Below, piece after piece: positions 30,382-32,000 of a stretch of DNA of 32,000 bases (position 1 is the first letter of the stretch; every line of letters begins with the position of its first letter). The translations under genes and the position numbers were made by a program. The notes below the pieces were generated by a model. It was not told where the DNA came from. It saw only the letters and a program-made list of their open reading frames with translations, and searched no databases. Source of the stretch: Wallemia ichthyophaga EXF-994 (Eukaryota > Fungi > Basidiomycota); NCBI RefSeq assembly GCF_000400465.1, contig NW_008806274.1, positions 270,244 through 302,243 of the forward strand, given 5' to 3'.

Positions 30382-32000
30382 AGTTGATGTTGCGAGTAGA
30401 GGAACGCGAAGCGTGAGGCGTGAGGCGTGAAGCAGATGCGGTGCACGCGCTTAAGCTACGCATGACGAATCAAGCAGTAAAAGCACGAGGATATCGTGCA
30501 AATACAGCGCAATTCGCCGTGTGAAGTGTTGCGCTTCCTTATTTCCCATCGCTGCTCCGACGCATTTGTGCATATCTTGGCCCATGACGATCACGACAAT
30601 CTTGGCGATCTTGGTGATCACGAGGAAGTTGTGCTGATAACGTAAGTCACCTATCGTTTACATATGATGTGCACCACATGCCTATACAATCGCCAAAGTA
30701 ATAGCCCTGTACATTTATATGAATACGATGAACAGCGTTCATTGCAAGTGCAAGTGTAAATGTAAATGCTAATAGCATAGCCGGTAAGACCTTTTATGGT
30801 GAGTGTGAGAAAATTAAGCAATAAATTGTTTGGGCTGCCGCAGGGCTGCTATTATTATCACTGATTCCAGAATTTGGGTTTGAGATAGGTGAGATAGGTC
30901 AGACTCGTACGAGAAGAAAAGTAAAAAACGTAAAGAGAAGTAGAGGGAAATAAAGGTTAATGAAAACAGGGTGTAATGTATGCCTAGTAACGCACTGTGA
31001 CACACTGTGACATTCTGGCGAGAAGACCTTGACATCATCAAATCCACAACGCCAAACAGGACAGTGTCAAGTAGAGCTAATATAGCCACCCTATCTCCCT
31101 ATTGAACACTATCTCCGGTGCAACTAATCTGCCAACCTGCCAGCTGGCAAGATTTGCACCGTATCCGTAACCTTTGATTTGAGGAGATGCGCGGAAATCT
31201 CCATAAGCTGACCATATCCTCACACTTCTGCACCCTCGATGAACTTAATTCACTCGGTGCCGTCTCTCAATTAAATGATGGTGTTAGCGTCCAAGCTCAT
31301 GTGCGCGCTTTGCGGTGCATTTTCTCGAAAATAACACGTGGGGCGGACGTGTATGAATTAGGAATATGCGGAGAAGCCGTATGTATGGTTAATAAGCGGT
31401 CAATGAAGAAGGAAAAATTGCCGCCTCCCCTTCTTCGACACAATTCTCTCCACCTATATTCAAATTCAGTACGAGACGCGTTGGAGTGAGCAGGAGGATA
31501 GCAGAGAATAGTGTCGAGGGTTTTTTTTGGTCTGCTGTAGCATCACTGGGCACTTTGTAAAGATTTACTGGTCTCATCATAGAGTGTATCATGTGGTTAA
31601 AGAGTATGTGATGATAGAGGTGATTAGATAATACCGTGAACAGCATTTTCACAATGCATGCCAAGACATATGGAGCGATTGCTTTTGGTGGATACAGACT
31701 CATCTTATCCCCATCAGAGAAGATACTATCATCGTTTGCTTTGATGGAGGAAGAAGGAGGCTACAAGCGTAAACCCAAGAAGCAACCAATCCTCTTATGT
31801 CATTGTTAGCCTTTCAGCGATGTCAATTCAGCCAGTTACGGACTGATAAGTTGAGTGCCGAAAGCGATGAGATATACTACACCAATCTGTGTCATTAGAA
31901 GTCTACCGTTTCTGCTGAGAAATTGAGATAGCCAGAGTGGACAATTGGCACGACGAAGACCCTACCGATCCGGATAAATGCGTATGAGTTTCCAATAATA

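Noticed and set aside
30814-31089. 91-aa hydrophobic minus-strand ORF
   Set aside because: It is a low-complexity pyrimidine/purine tract translated as F/L/S, with no motif or splice support.
31389-32000. ORF 31389..31703 (-) and possible exons at the window edge
   Set aside because: I could not build a consistent spliced model or recognise a domain. It may belong to a gene extending beyond the window.

Overview
Eukaryotic window from a compact, intron-rich fungal genome. Introns are mostly 45-60 nt, GT-AG, with CTRAC/CTCAC/CTTAC branch points. It is probably a basidiomycete such as Wallemia, but that is inferred from compactness and protein style only. The six-frame ORF track fragments most genes, so I rebuilt the exon structures by hand. 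Genes recognised, left to right: the PEX3 3' end, a Prm10/ThrE-family membrane protein, pyruvate carboxylase, a SulP sulfate permease, a Zn2Cys6 transcription factor of the Rds2/Ert1/AcuK type, a small retropepsin-like protein, mitochondrial bL27 (MRP7), SKP1, THI20-like HMP kinase-TenA, proteasome beta5 (PRE2), RPL37 and an Atf1-like bZIP. There are also several orphan or apparently decayed genes. No mobile element, CRISPR, rRNA or tRNA is supported. The most unusual locus is RPL37. Its 5' leader appears to contain five back-to-back mini-introns joined at AG|GT with zero-length or micro exons, suggesting recursive splicing. Its first coding intron can only yield an intact zinc finger if it ends at a non-canonical CG acceptor. 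All splice models are predictions from sequence and need RNA-seq confirmation.
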